A stretch of DNA of 64,000 nt. Origin: Octopus sinensis. Its lineage: Eukaryota. A program made the position numbers and the translations under genes. The stretch lies in NCBI RefSeq assembly GCF_006345805.1, contig NC_043002.1, positions 74,648,001-74,712,000 of the forward strand, in the 5' to 3' direction. Shown here piece by piece: positions 23,617 to 36,500 of this stretch (within the stretch, counting starts at the first letter, position 1; every line of letters begins with the position of its first letter). Below the pieces are notes generated by a model. The model was not told where the DNA came from. It made no database searches and saw nothing but the letters and a program-made list of their open reading frames with translations.

Positions 23617-26260
23617 ATATCATCATCATCGTTTAGCATATGCTTTCCATGCTGGAATGAGTGGGATGGTTTGACTGAGGACTGGTGAGCCAGATGATTG
23701 CACCAGGCTCCAATCTGATTTGGCACAGCTTCTACAGCTGGATGCCCTCCTAATGCCAACCACTCCAAGAATGTAGTGGGTGCTTTATGTGCCACCGGTA
23801 CGAAGGCCATTCAGGCAGTACTGGCAACAGCCATGCTTAAGTGGTGTTTTTTATGTACAACCTGCATAGGAGCCAGACCAGCGGCACTGGCAGCAACCTT
23901 ACTTGAATGTTGTTTTTCATGTGCCACTAAGGCGATGCTGGTAACAATCACACTCAAATGGTGCTTTTTATGTGCCACTGGCAGTCAGCGGTCCTGGCAT
24001 TGTTCATGCTCGGATGGTGCTTTTAACATTCCACTGGCATGGGTGCCAGTCAAGCGGTGCTGTCATCGGCCACGTCAGCGAATTTGATTTTGATTGTGAT
24101 TTCACTTGCCTCAACAGGTCTTTGCACGCAGTGCATAATTAGGCTGGTTACTCCGCTGGCGTAGGCCACGGGTTATGGTCTCACTTGGCTTGCTGGGTCT
24201 TCTGAAGCACAGCATATTTCCGAAGGTCTTGGTCACTAGTCATTGCCTTGGTGAGGCCCAATATTCGAAGGTCATGCTTCACCACTTCATCCCAGGTCTT
24301 CCTGGGTCTACCTCTTCCACAGATTCCCTCAACTGCTAGGGTGTGACACTTTTTCACACAGCTGTCCTCATCCATTAGCACCACATGTCCATACCATCGC
24401 AGTCGGCTCTCTTGTGCACCACATCTGATACTTCTTAAGTCCAACTTTTCTATCAAGGCGCTTACACTCAGTCATGTATGCACACTGACATTACACACCC
24501 AGCAGAGCATATTGACTTCATTCCTTGCAAGCTTACGCATGTCCTCAGCAGTCACGGCCCATGTTTCATTGCCATGTAGCATGGCTGTTCGTACACATGC
24601 GTCATACAGTCTACCTTTTACTCTGAGCGAAAAGCCCTTTGTTACCAGCAGAGGTAGGAGCTCTCTGAACTTTGCCCAGGCTATTTTTATTCTAGCAGCT
24701 ACATTTTCAGAACATCTACCCCTACTACTGACTTGGTCACCAAGGGAATGGAAGCTGTCAACTACTTCTAGTTTTTCTCCCTGGAATGTGACAGAAGTTG
24801 TTCTCTGCACATTTCCAGTGTTTATTTCTCCAGAGCATCTGATGCATACAAAAACTATCTTCCCAGTTAGCCTTCCTTTTATATTACTGCACCTCTTATG
24901 TGTCCATAGCTTACACTGGGTATATCTTACAGAGTTTCTACCTACGCCTTTCTACAGATCGAGCAGGGCCATCTACCTGAAGGGATTTGTGGTTTGTCTG
25001 CCTTCCTACTTATTAAGACTTTGGTTTTAGCTAGGTTGACTCTAAGGCCCTTCAATTCTAATCCTTGCTTCCACACCTGAAACTTCTGCCCTAGTTCTGA
25101 TTATGACTCAGCAATATGAGCCAGCTCATCAGCATAGAGGAGCTCTCAGGGGCATCCTGTCTTCAATTCCTCTTATTGCTTGGAGGACTGTGATAAATAG
25201 GAGGGGGCTGAGGACTGAACCTCTACCCGGAATTCTTCACTGTACTCATTGCCAACCCTTACCTTATTGACAGTGTCCCTGTACATGGTTTGCACAGTTC
25301 TCACTAACAATTCATCTATCCCTAGCTTCCTCATTGACCATCAGATAAGGAATTGGGGGACCCTGTTGAAGACTTTCTCCATGTCAACAAAAGCCAGGTA
25401 CAGGGGCTTATCTTTGGTCAGGTATTTCTCCTGCAGCTGTCTTACCAGAAATATAGCATCAGTGGTGCTTTTCCCTGGCACAAACCCAAACTGCATCTCG
25501 TCTAGACTGACCCTCTTCCTAATTAGTTGGACTACAACTCTCTCTGTGACTTTCTTTACCTGATCCAACAACTTGATATCTCTGTAATTATTTGTATATA
25601 ATGCGTCACCTTTACCTTTGTAGCAGTTGATTATGATAGTGCTACACCAGTCATTGGGTATGACTTCTTCATGTATCACCTGGTTGCCTATACGGGTGAT
25701 TAGGCTATAACCAACACTGCCAGATATTTTGAGCATCTCTGCGGTGATTCCTGAGGGGCCGGGGGCTTCTCCTGTCTTCATACCCTTAATTGCTTTATCT
25801 ACCAAGGCACTCTCAATTCGGATAGCTGGTCCCTCTGTTGGGTTGGCATTCGGCAGGTTCTCTTTCTCCCATTCACTCTCTTTATTTAGCAACCTTTCAT
25901 AGTGGCATTTCCATACCTCTCTCTTTGCAGCCTCATTTAATGCAAGTGAACCATCAGCCATGCAAAAACATTTCTTTCCTATGACATCCTGATTGCCAAT
26001 TATTTTCCAGGATTTCCTAATTCATTATTAATTTGCTTGTTTGCCACCTTTAGCCAAGGTTTTAAATGGTCACATCCTGATTCTCTCTTACACACTGTCT
26101 TGCATCACGAAATACCTGAAGTTTTTGGTCCTCATGGTGCAGAACATTAACAAATTTGTTCTTATCTGCTTCCCCCTTGGCTAAATATACCTGACTCCTA
26201 GCTTCCCTTTTGGCAGTCAGATACAATTTCCTGCTACCACCATTTTTCCAGTCCTTCCAA
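23617..26260 (-). mobile_element. RTE-clade LINE, older decayed copy of the same family
   Basis: GEAPGPSGI, YKGKGDAL..NYRDIKLL, QFGFVPGKSTTDAIF, AFVDMEKVFNRVP, LHGNETW, RLRWYGHV. Multiple frameshifts; 3'UTR and (GAT)n end at about 23620. Confidence 0.95.
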
Positions 26261-26904
26261 GTTGCATTTGTGCTGGGAGAAAAAATTGCAGGTATGATAG
26301 AGGATATCACCAGTGAGGGAAGGGGTTTCCGGTGAGAGAAGAGGGGAACAAGCACACTCATTAGAATGTGCACGCACATATCCACACACACACACACACA
26401 GACAAGAACAAATGCACACACACACACTCACACGGAACAACCACACACATATAGCCCATTAACTTTCCCTTTCCCTTCCATACGTCCATGGAAATTACTG
26501 AGTAGTTTGTTGACAAATTTTGAGACAAGATGAAAGATAGCCGATTAAATAGGTGGGCAGCTAAACTTGTTGCATTTGTCCGGGAGAGGGAGAGGAGATT
26601 ACAGGTATGATAGAGGATACCACCAGTGAGGGAGAGGGTTTCTGGTGAGAGAAGAGAGATATCCGGTAATGGTGGAGGGAGAAGAGAGAGAGGGAGATCT
26701 GGTATTGGTGGTGGAGAGTAGGAGTGGGCGGGCGCATCATAAACAAGCAAGGGTTAATTTAGATGGGTGGTACAAAAAATATATAGCCAAGAAGAGGTTC
26801 CAATTAGAAATTTACATGAAGAATCAAAGAAGAATGAAGGCTGAGAGAGATTTAGATTTAGGAAGTTATATATTGAAGGACTAATTTAAATAATTAGCGT
26901 ACAA

Positions 26905-27298
26905 AAGCTATATGGTTAAGAAGTTTTCTTCTGTACCCATGGTTTTCAGTTCAGTCCTTTGGGCAAGTGTCTTCTACCATAGCCCCAAGCTGATCAAACT
27001 CTTTCCAGTAAATTTTGGTAGATGGAAACTGAAAGAAGCCCACTATGTGTGTGTGTCTAAGTGTCTTCTTATCTGGACATCATATGATAGCTATGAACGA
27101 GAGTCACCATCATGTAAGCGATGTCCTTCATTTCCAGTCTTCCATGGAAACGTGTGATCATGGGAACTATTACCTTACTTGGAAACAGGTGAGGGTTGAT
27201 GACAGGAAGAGTGGCTAACCGTTGAAAATCTGCCTCTATGAATTACTTCCAACCTATGTGAACAGGGGAAGGGAGATGCTAAAACTATGATGATGATG
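26905..27298 (+). mobile_element. SINE family A' (family A head with an alternative RTE-like tail)
   Basis: Family A head, then ...ggaaacaggtgagggttg...gaaaatctgcctc...gatgatg. Similar copies at about 530-890, 1451-2090, 46380-46725, 51900-52290 and 57282-57775 (+), and 41770-42045 (-). Confidence 0.8.
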
Positions 27299-28167
27299 TA
27301 ATTGACTAACCCCTTTCCCTCAAAATTGCTGGCCTTTTACCTAAATTAGAAGCGATTATTTTATTACAGCTATGAAATTACAACAGTAATGTCATGCAGC
27401 ATTTAGTTTCACCCTCCTTATTCCGAGTTCGAATTTCATCTGTCAACTTTGCCTGTCATTCTTCCAGCGTTGATAAAATAAGTTCCAAATCATGTAGTAA
27501 GAGTCAGTTCAATTGATTATACCCTTTTCTTTAAAATTTGTGATCTTGTGTCCAAGAAATTATCACTATCACCATTATTATGTTTCACCTTTGTTTTCTT
27601 GATATGTGTGTAGCATTGTTTTGGGTGTGTAGAATTTTATTTGTATGGTATATCAATTTCGTTTTGTTGTTTCTGGTGTTATTTTAGTGTCATCTTTGAA
27701 TTTGTAGTTATTGTTTTTTGTATTTGTTGTTTGAGTTGTATTTCATGTTGGGTGATTATATTCAGTATGTGTTGTGTGAGTCTTGTTATAGTATTGGGTG
27801 GCAATTGTGTACTGGCTGACATCATTAATAAAAGGGCAATAGAGTTCAGACTAATTGTTTTTGTAGTAGTAATTAGTTTTGTCTTTTTAACATTTTGAGT
27901 TCCAACTGCACTTAGGTTGACTTTGCCTTTCACCCTTTCCAGGGTTAATAAAGTAAATCGCTATTCATGTATTGAGATCATTTCACTCAATTGTGCCTCA
28001 GTCCCACAATGTTGTGGCTATGTCCTTGCTAGTAGCACATCAGATGAAATGCTTAGCAGCATTCTTGTAGTTCTTTACAATCTGTATTCATTCATCTTTT
28101 CATAGCCAGTGAAATAAAATACCAGTCAAGTGCTGGGGTTGATGTAATTAACTGCCCCCCCCCCCCG

Positions 28168-28309
28168 TTGACATTGCCTTTCGTTCTTTTGGGGTCGATT
28201 AAATAAGTACCAGTTACGCACTGGGGTCGATATAATCGACTTAATCCGTTTGTCTGTCCTTGTCTGTCCCCTCTGTGTGTAGCCCCTTGTGGGCAGTAAA
28301 GAAATAAGA
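28168..28309 (+). mobile_element. SINE family B, 3' part
   Basis: Reverse complement of 296-430. Degenerate relatives at about 27390-27550, 27890-28155 and 60425-60560 (+), and 42160-42520, 45020-45150 and 45960-46137 (-). Confidence 0.85.
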
Positions 28310-30914
28310 ATTATTATTTATCAGTTACTTTAGTTATGGCGTTACATTCAAAGCTAATCTAACTGTTGTATGGATACAAAGATTAGAATAGTGAGGTGCT
28401 ATTAATATTCTTCAAAGTATAGTGAAAACATGTACAGGAAAATAATTTCAAAATATGTTGCTTTAGAGGAAGGGTTCAGTACAATGTGTATGTTTGTATG
28501 CATGCACATAGGTGGGATAATATCTTGAAAATATGTGTGTTGCATATTTGAATCTGGTTGGGTGGAGTACCATATTTAGAATGATAAAATATATAAAGTG
28601 TAATTGGGGCTTAGCTAGATTCTAGGGAGGTTTGGAAATGAAATAGTCTTTGTGGGGGTTAAGTGACCATTTAAAACCTTGGCTAAAGGTGGCAAGCAAG
28701 CAAATTAATAATGAATTAGGAAATCCTGGAAAATAATTAGCAATCCAGCCATCTCTGTATCAGCAAGTATCTAGAAAAACTGTGGTATGCTGATGTCCTG
28801 AATTGTTTCTCATATTTGCTGAAAAGATGTCTTTTATATTAGTCATTGCATAATATATGCATATACACTATATATTTATTTCTAGATGGCTTTTTGATGC
28901 TTCATGCATTAAGTATGTTACCCCTGTCTTATCTATTATTTGACAAGGTGTAGGATGCATACAAAAGAGATATTCTAAAATTTGATAGATTACCTGAGCA
29001 AAAGCAGTGAAATTTGTTTCAAGCTGACACATGAGAACATTATTACATTGCTAGTATAGCAGGCAATTGATGGTTCATTGAAGTGGAAGTCTTTTAAGAA
29101 TCATGATTTGTGTGTGTTTTCTCATGTATTGCAATGTAACTTTATCAATGTGCAAATAAGTTGCAAGAAAAATTTGAGATATTACTTCACACTGAAAAGG
29201 TTTATTAGATCGAATCTTTCTTCTGACATTTAAATGTTTATATCACTTAAGACTAATTATTTAAAATTGGCACCGATCCTATTTTATAGTTAAGGTGGGT
29301 GTTTAGAATTAGGAAGAGCTGCTATATAATCTGCTTCATATTTTCATAGTTGTCAGTTGTATTAGTGTATATATTAAACTAGGAGCAATGGCAAAAAAAA
29401 AAAAAAAAAATCTCCCATCCTTTTTTTTTTTTTCTTTTGCATCATTTTTCTAGGCATAGTGGGCTTTGCAAGCCTCCACATATTCCTATTTATTGGAGCA
29501 AATGTTTTTATAATTGGATAACTTTCTTCTCATTCAGCACCCAACTGTTAAAGTAGCAGTGTTCAGCTGTCATTCAGGCATTAATAATAATGCAATCATT
29601 ATTTTCTCTTCCAAACAAGCATGAATAATTTGGAAAAACAATAAAAATTGTACAGTGTAAACTACAACTATATTGATATGTGCATATGCACATATATAGA
29701 TGAGTGTTTCCGTATATATATGATATATATATATATATATATATTGGAAAACAGTGATTCATTCCATTATTCTTATTCAGTTTCTCACACACATGGGGTT
29801 TATACTTGTAGTCTTTTAAACAATATTGTGAATAAATGTGAAACTAGCAGAAGGTATTATGTCCATAGGGCATATGTAACATCAGTTATCATTCTTTACG
29901 GTTGGTCATATGATTGCATATGTTGCCAGTTTAGGGATGGTAGCGCTTTCTTTATTCTTGTGTTATTGTGATATAGAGGAAGGCAATATAGTTCAAAGTT
30001 ATCTGCAAGACTTGCTGGAATTTATTAAAGCTGATTTTTATGAACATTTTTCTTTCTAAAAGGATCCTTCTCTGACAGTAGTAATTAGATAGTACTTAAA
30101 ATCTCCAGTAAGAAATATTGCACATAACTTTAGAATCTGGAACTTTTCAGTAAGGTAAAACCTATAGTCCAGTGATCCATTAAAGATTAGGGTGGTTGGA
30201 AATTTTCTAAGAGGAACTTCTTCCAGTTGCAGGAATCAGATTGTTCTTCTGATCTCCAGTTAAGAGATGTTGTAGGTTGCTGTTGCTTCAAGCCCTGAGA
30301 TTTTTTGGTTAGGTAATGACTACAGTTCCATAACCTGTTAAAGTATGGGATTGCACTTTCAATGATATTCCATGTTACTGGAGGGCATTTCTTCTTCCTA
30401 AGTTCTTAGATGAATTTTAGAGAGCAATGTGGAATTTTTCCTGTTCTTTGACCTGAATGAGTACAAAATGTTGAAGGCACTGACCCTTGAAAGTGTTTGC
30501 AGTTATGTCTATAATTCCCTTCAGTGACATCTGGAGATTTTATGATTGCTCAGAAAGGCAGGATCATTGAGTGGGCAGATAGATGGATTGTGACAACTTC
30601 AAGTAGGTTAATAGGGGTAGATACTGTATTTGCACATCTATGTATGTGTGTGTGTGTGTGTGTTGGGAAGGGGCATATTACTTTTCACCATTTTTCTCTT
30701 TATTTTTGAAACATTGCACCATCTGAAAGATGGTACATGTGTGTATTTGAGAATCTGAGTGCAACGCTGCCAGTGTTCTACTTCATGTATTGAGTGCTCT
30801 TTTCATTTGTTTATACATACGCATGTATTAATGGCTGTGCTTCAGCATGGCCAAAATGTTTGGGCTGAAGCTAGTAAAAGAGAAAAAAAGAGTATTTTGT
30901 GTGTGTGTGTGTGT

Positions 30915-31329
30915 ACAGGGTTTGGTGAATAAGTTGTCGTCTAAATTACACAAAAATGAAAAGAATACTGACATCTCATTTTAACAGATATATTTACCAA
31001 AATTACATAAAAATATCTTAAAATACTACAGTAAATTTATTCAATAAAATCACCACTGGCTTCAACCATGGCCTCCACACAACTTCAGAATCTCCTGCAA
31101 TTCTTCCAGATGGTCTCCTTGTTTACATTAGTGAATGCCTCCATAATCCTTGCCTTCAGTTCGACTTTGGTGTTACAAGTTTTGTTGGTCTCTCACTCAA
31201 ATGTGCTCCACACACAATAATCAAAGGGGTTGTAGTCTGGGGAGTTAGGTGATAGATGTTAGTGGGGATATGGTCACAGAAATTGTCTGACAGCCATGAC
31301 TGGGTTCTCCTACTAGTGTGGCATGGTGC
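30915..31329 (-). mobile_element. 3' fragment of the same DD37D mariner
   Basis: Highly similar to 61449-61868, starting TA|cagggt. Confidence 0.88.
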
Positions 31330-31628
31330 CCATACTTGTGCCTTGGTGGGGAACTTTCTTGGTGCAATCCCATGGTCATTCGTGACCAGAGGGGTCTTTA
31401 CTCTTTATCCTATATATATATATATATAATAAACATTTTTTTTAACAATTAAATCTGAAGGTGGATAAAACTAGAAATGATGGTGGAAATATTGAGTTAA
31501 AAACCCCTTTGGATAGAAAAAGTTGAAGGCTGCCCATGGGACAGAAAATGTGGGTTCATGTCCCATTAGCCCCTCAACTTTTTTTCCATCTAAGGGCTTT
31601 TTAAACCCAATATTTACATGCTTTTATA

Positions 31629-32742
31629 CAAGGTGTCCCAAAATTAAGGCAACCAACTTTTTTCAATTTTGCCAAAGCAAAATATTATTATATTTCAGGT
31701 GTGAGTGTTGCAGTGCAATGGTAAAGGAAACCTGATTTGATATGAACACCTCTGTTTCAAATCACAGCCTTAAGTCTAGGTGCGAATGCTTCGCACATGG
31801 CACACAGCTGTTCTTGTGGAATCAAAGCCCATTCCTGGCGCAGTTTTGCCTTCAGAGCGTCAAGTGAAGCATGAGGAGTGCTCAAGACCTTCATCTCAAA
31901 ATAGACCAAACAGAAAAATCCAATGGGTTGAGATCAAGGTTTCTTGAGAGTCAAACATCCTTGCCTATGAACGATGGAATATTTTTCTGAATCCGGTATT
32001 GTGTCTGTTTGGAGATGTGGGATGGTGCTGAGTCCTGTTGGAGGCTCCAAGGTGCGCCTTGAAAGTGCTCATTCGCCCATGGAAGCAGTCCAGCTTCCAG
32101 AATGTTGCTAATGTCTCACTGGGTGTTGATTTTTAACATCTGAGGGCACAAAAATGAGGGGAGACTTTCCAGCGGATGTCACAACCACCCAAACCATAAC
32201 TGACTGGATGCCTAATACATTCTAAAGTCAGTCAATCTGGTGGTTTACTATCTGTTTGATGTCAAATTTCTTTTCATTGGTGAACATCAAGTTGGGCAGT
32301 GTGCCTTCAGCAATCTGATGCAGGATGAGACAACTTTTCTTCAGTCTCATGGACTTATGAACTTGCATGAACTCATTCCGGTGGATCATCTTGTAGGGAT
32401 GGGTCCTAACAGAATGATGAGGATTTTGCTGTATCTTTTCTTTGGTACTTTTGAATAGCTGAGAGGTTTGCACACTTCTTTTTTAGCTATGTCCAAGTAA
32501 ATGAGTGGTAGAACCAGTCTCTTGAAATTTCTTGACAATTTTTCACCCTGTTGTTTGGTTAATCTTAAGCTTCTTTGCTATAGCTGTATTACTTTTGCCT
32601 CCTTTGTGGAGGGTTATGATTGTATTTCGGTCCATAGCCATTATCTAATTTATAAATCTGAATTCATTTAGTTTGAAACAAAAAGAAGACACACTAAACT
32701 TTTATGATTTTTATATCTTATATTTACTGATAGGACACCCTG
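31629..32742 (-). mobile_element. Second Tc1/mariner family, near full length, decayed
   Basis: TA TSDs; termini caaggtgtcc / ggacaccctg; minus-strand FTNEKKF, QQDSAPSH and DLNPLDF remnants. Confidence 0.85.
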
Positions 32743-32807
32743 TATATTTACATGCTATATATGCTTTGACATAAACCATATGTGTGTATGTGTGTAGTAA
32801 GAGAGAC

Positions 32808-33200
32808 AGAGTCTGGGCCAAAAGGAGGTGAATAGTAAAGGATTGTTTATTTTAAGATGACATATTCACAATTATATTCAAATTTGCTTTTTGTTTTTCC
32901 CATGCAGTAATACAAAATAAATAAAAAGAACTTATACAGTATAAAGCAATGAAAATTTTAAAATCTGTTGGGGTTTAAAGTTAGATGTACATGCAAGCCA
33001 ATCATTTAGATCCCTTCCATTTTCCAGGAAATGTTTCATCAGGATACTCACAGACTGCTCTTGAATAATTTTTGGGATGATGTGAGGTGGGGATTGAGGG
33101 TGACCCATCTTGCTGGAAATAGAAGTCATGTGAATTAGGCTGTTGATGTAACTGTTGAACAATTTCATTACAGTTTCAAGATACAAGATGAAACAGTCAC
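32808..33200 (-). mobile_element. Possible Tc1-like transposase 3' remnant
   Basis: DWLACTSNFKPQ weakly resembles WPA.SPDLNP.E. Confidence 0.35.
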
Positions 33201-35759
33201 TTGTGACTGAACGAATAAAGAAAACCAAGTCCTAAAACACCAGCACTTGAAATGCTATCCTAAACTTTGATGCCAGGCTGGTTTAGTTACTGCTCTAGTG
33301 TTAAATTATAGTATCTCATTGTATCAGTAAGCACTGTTATGTTAGTTAACCTGAATTGATAATTTGAAAGAAGCCTCAATGGTTCACATAATGATATTTA
33401 AAAAAATAAAACAAAAAAAAATCTCACTAAATTACAGCCACTTTTCAGGATCATCCCCCAATAATCTATGAATTACCCTTGGACAATATGCTTTCGATCC
33501 AATAGATCTTGAGTATGAAGTGTTTTGGCACAGCCATTTTGCCATTGCTGATTAGACATTGACTTATTTGGCTATGGTAAATGGTTTGTCTCTTTGGGCC
33601 TTGAGTACCAAATGTCTTGGTCCATTTTGTTAATTTGAAAATATCAAGTACTCTTTTAACATTTTTTTTCTTGCACTAGTATTTAGATTATTTATGGTTC
33701 TTTGAACTCTCTGAAAAGAAAAAGATTAAATTTAGATTTAAATTAAGTTAGATTGGTACCACGAAAAGCACACTCAGTACACTCTGTAAAGTGGTTGGCA
33801 TTATGAAGGGCATCTGACTATAGAAACCATGCCAAAGCAGGCACTGGAGACCAGCATAGTCCACAGGCTTGTCAGATCCTGTTGAACTTTTCAGATCTTG
33901 TCAACCCATGCCTACATGGAACGTAAACATTAAATGATGATAATAATAGTATTTAATATAACCTGAATGGCATTATCATAATAAACATTACATTTACTAT
34001 CAGAGCACCTGTTGAGCGTTAGGCCTCACGGAGACAAAGTGGCTGAGTTCCTTTCAAGCTTTGGGCTGCAGGGAGGCAAAGTGGCTGAGTTCCTTTCGAG
34101 TGTTGGGCCTCATGGAGGCAATGACTAAATGTAAAAAGTACTCTGGGTGGTTTGTATTAGGAAGGGCATCCAGTCGTAGAAAACCATGCCAAATCAGATT
34201 GGAACCTGGAGCAGCCTTTCAGCTAATCAATCCTGGTCAAACCATCCGACCCATGCTAGCATGGACAACTGATGTTAAATGATGATGATTTTGCTATGTT
34301 TGTTCTGTTTGCATGTGTTGTCAAGTCTTCTCCTGAATGTCATTAATCATTGTAATACTTTACTATATCTTTCATAGTGATAGTAGCTGGGATTTATAGC
34401 ATATCTATGTCTGGATATCTCATTCATTTTATATCCACAAAATCTCCAGTTGCTGTCCTTTTGGTGTATTTAATACTCTCTCATCTCTCTATTACTGGCT
34501 GCACCATACCACCCATTGCAGTTTCTTAACCATTGACCATTTCTACAACTACCCATTACTCGCCCTCTTTCTCTTAATGGCAGATATGTTAGCTGCCACT
34601 AGTATATCTCTCTTATTTCCATCATGATGTCTGAATAATGTGGATTTGCACTGTGTTGCCCATCACTCCTTCTATCCTTCAAATCATACTCCTGTTTTGC
34701 ATTCATCACTTTCTTGCCATCCTTTTCTTGACAATCTATCACTTGTGCTCTCCTTTACAAACTAGCATTACCCCTTAATGCTACCAGATGTCACTCCCTT
34801 TCTCACAGACCATCTATAATTAACATATTTCTTATTCTCCTATTTTTGATCATGCTTCATTGGAGTTGACATGTGGTTCAGCAACAAGATTGGTGTTGAG
34901 CCATGGGTTAAAATCCTACCATTATGTTTTTTGAAAGGAAATGAAACATTTAGAAAATTTATAATAATGATTATGTGTGATTTTGCACGCATAAAAAAAA
35001 AAAAAACTACTTCTGTTAGTATTTCTTAGTGTAATTATCATGTTTTTATTGCTGTACTAGAGCATCTTGGCATACTAATAAAGACATTGATTAATTTATC
35101 ATTTTCTTTTCTACTTAGATTTCTTTCTTTACCAACATATATTTCAGTTTTATAGTTTTATCATGGTTCTGTGAAGAATATGTGGCATTTTGAGCTTACT
35201 AAAGATGACCTGTCAAATGATATCTCATATTACTATTTTTTTTTTCTGTGTTTTATGTAGGTTTTTTTTTATTCCTTCTCAGACATATATTGCTAATTTG
35301 CAATTTATGACATTCTGAGCTTATCAAAGATGACATGTTGGATTGTCTTCCTGTTAAATGGTAACTCATGATACCATTTTGTAAAATAGTTCATGATTTC
35401 TGTGACATATGCACTTTTTGTCTTTAGCAAGTATATAATGGATTGGTATGATGTTAATCGCTCTCTCTCACTTAGAGCATTATCCAATTAAAAGTAAATA
35501 CTGATATTTTTTTAGAATTTATGTATGAGAAATATGATGGCATCATCATCATCATCATACTCTTTTTTGTTAAACCTCCATTTTTCCATGCTTGTGTTAT
35601 GTGGCAGAATTTGTTGTGGCAGATTTTTGTCTACAGCTGGATGTCCTTCCTGATGACCACTAATAATATTTATCCAAAATTCTTCTGGTTCAAACTTTAC
35701 ATAAGGCAGAGCTACATAACTGTTTATTTCTTACAACCGTTATAATAAGGAATAGGTGC

Positions 35760-36455
35760 TACTCATTATTGTGCTTGATTGTTTAGTTAGACTGTATTTG
35801 TTTGTAGGTTAATGATTGCCAGAAAACTGTGGATGGTGAGTGAGGTAATTTCAGAAAGTTGCAATTCTAGGGGGATCTGATTGACAAAAGTGTTTCGTAC
35901 AGAATCTGGTTAGTGAGATAGAGTAAAGGTGATGAGAGAAGAAATAAATGTTTCAAGCGAACTTGAAAGAAAAGCATGTGCAAATAACTAAGTAGTTCAG
36001 AAGAGTAGAGATTGTTACTGTGGTGGCAGCTGAAGCAGGGAGAAGAAATAGTGCAGGCACGAGACTGTGAGTATAGTTTGTAGATGAATGATTCCCTACT
36101 AGTGAGCTGAATTAACTACTTCGGATATAGTCTAGGATGTTTGTGTGTAGTAATAGCACCATTCCAGATAGATGAGCCGTACTCCCATGTACTTTTTGCT
36201 TGAGTTAAGTTTTGTTTAGGTCTGCAACAGAGCTGAAGTATTTTTTCAGTCCTAAAGAGGTACTCTTTTACTTGTTTCAGTTATTTGGCTGTGGCTATGC
36301 TGGAGCACTGCCTTTAGTTGAGCAAATCAACCCCAGGACTTATTCTTTGTAAGCCTAGTACTTATTCTGTCGGTCTCTTTTGCCAAACCACTAAGTTATG
36401 GGGACATATACACACCAGCATCGGTTGTCAAGTAATGTTGTGGGGACAGACACAA

Positions 36456-36500
<45 letters not shown>

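Noticed and set aside
27560-27860. Thr/Gln/Lys-rich minus-strand ORF, possibly a retroelement remnant
   Set aside because: No diagnostic motif could be read, so it was left unannotated.
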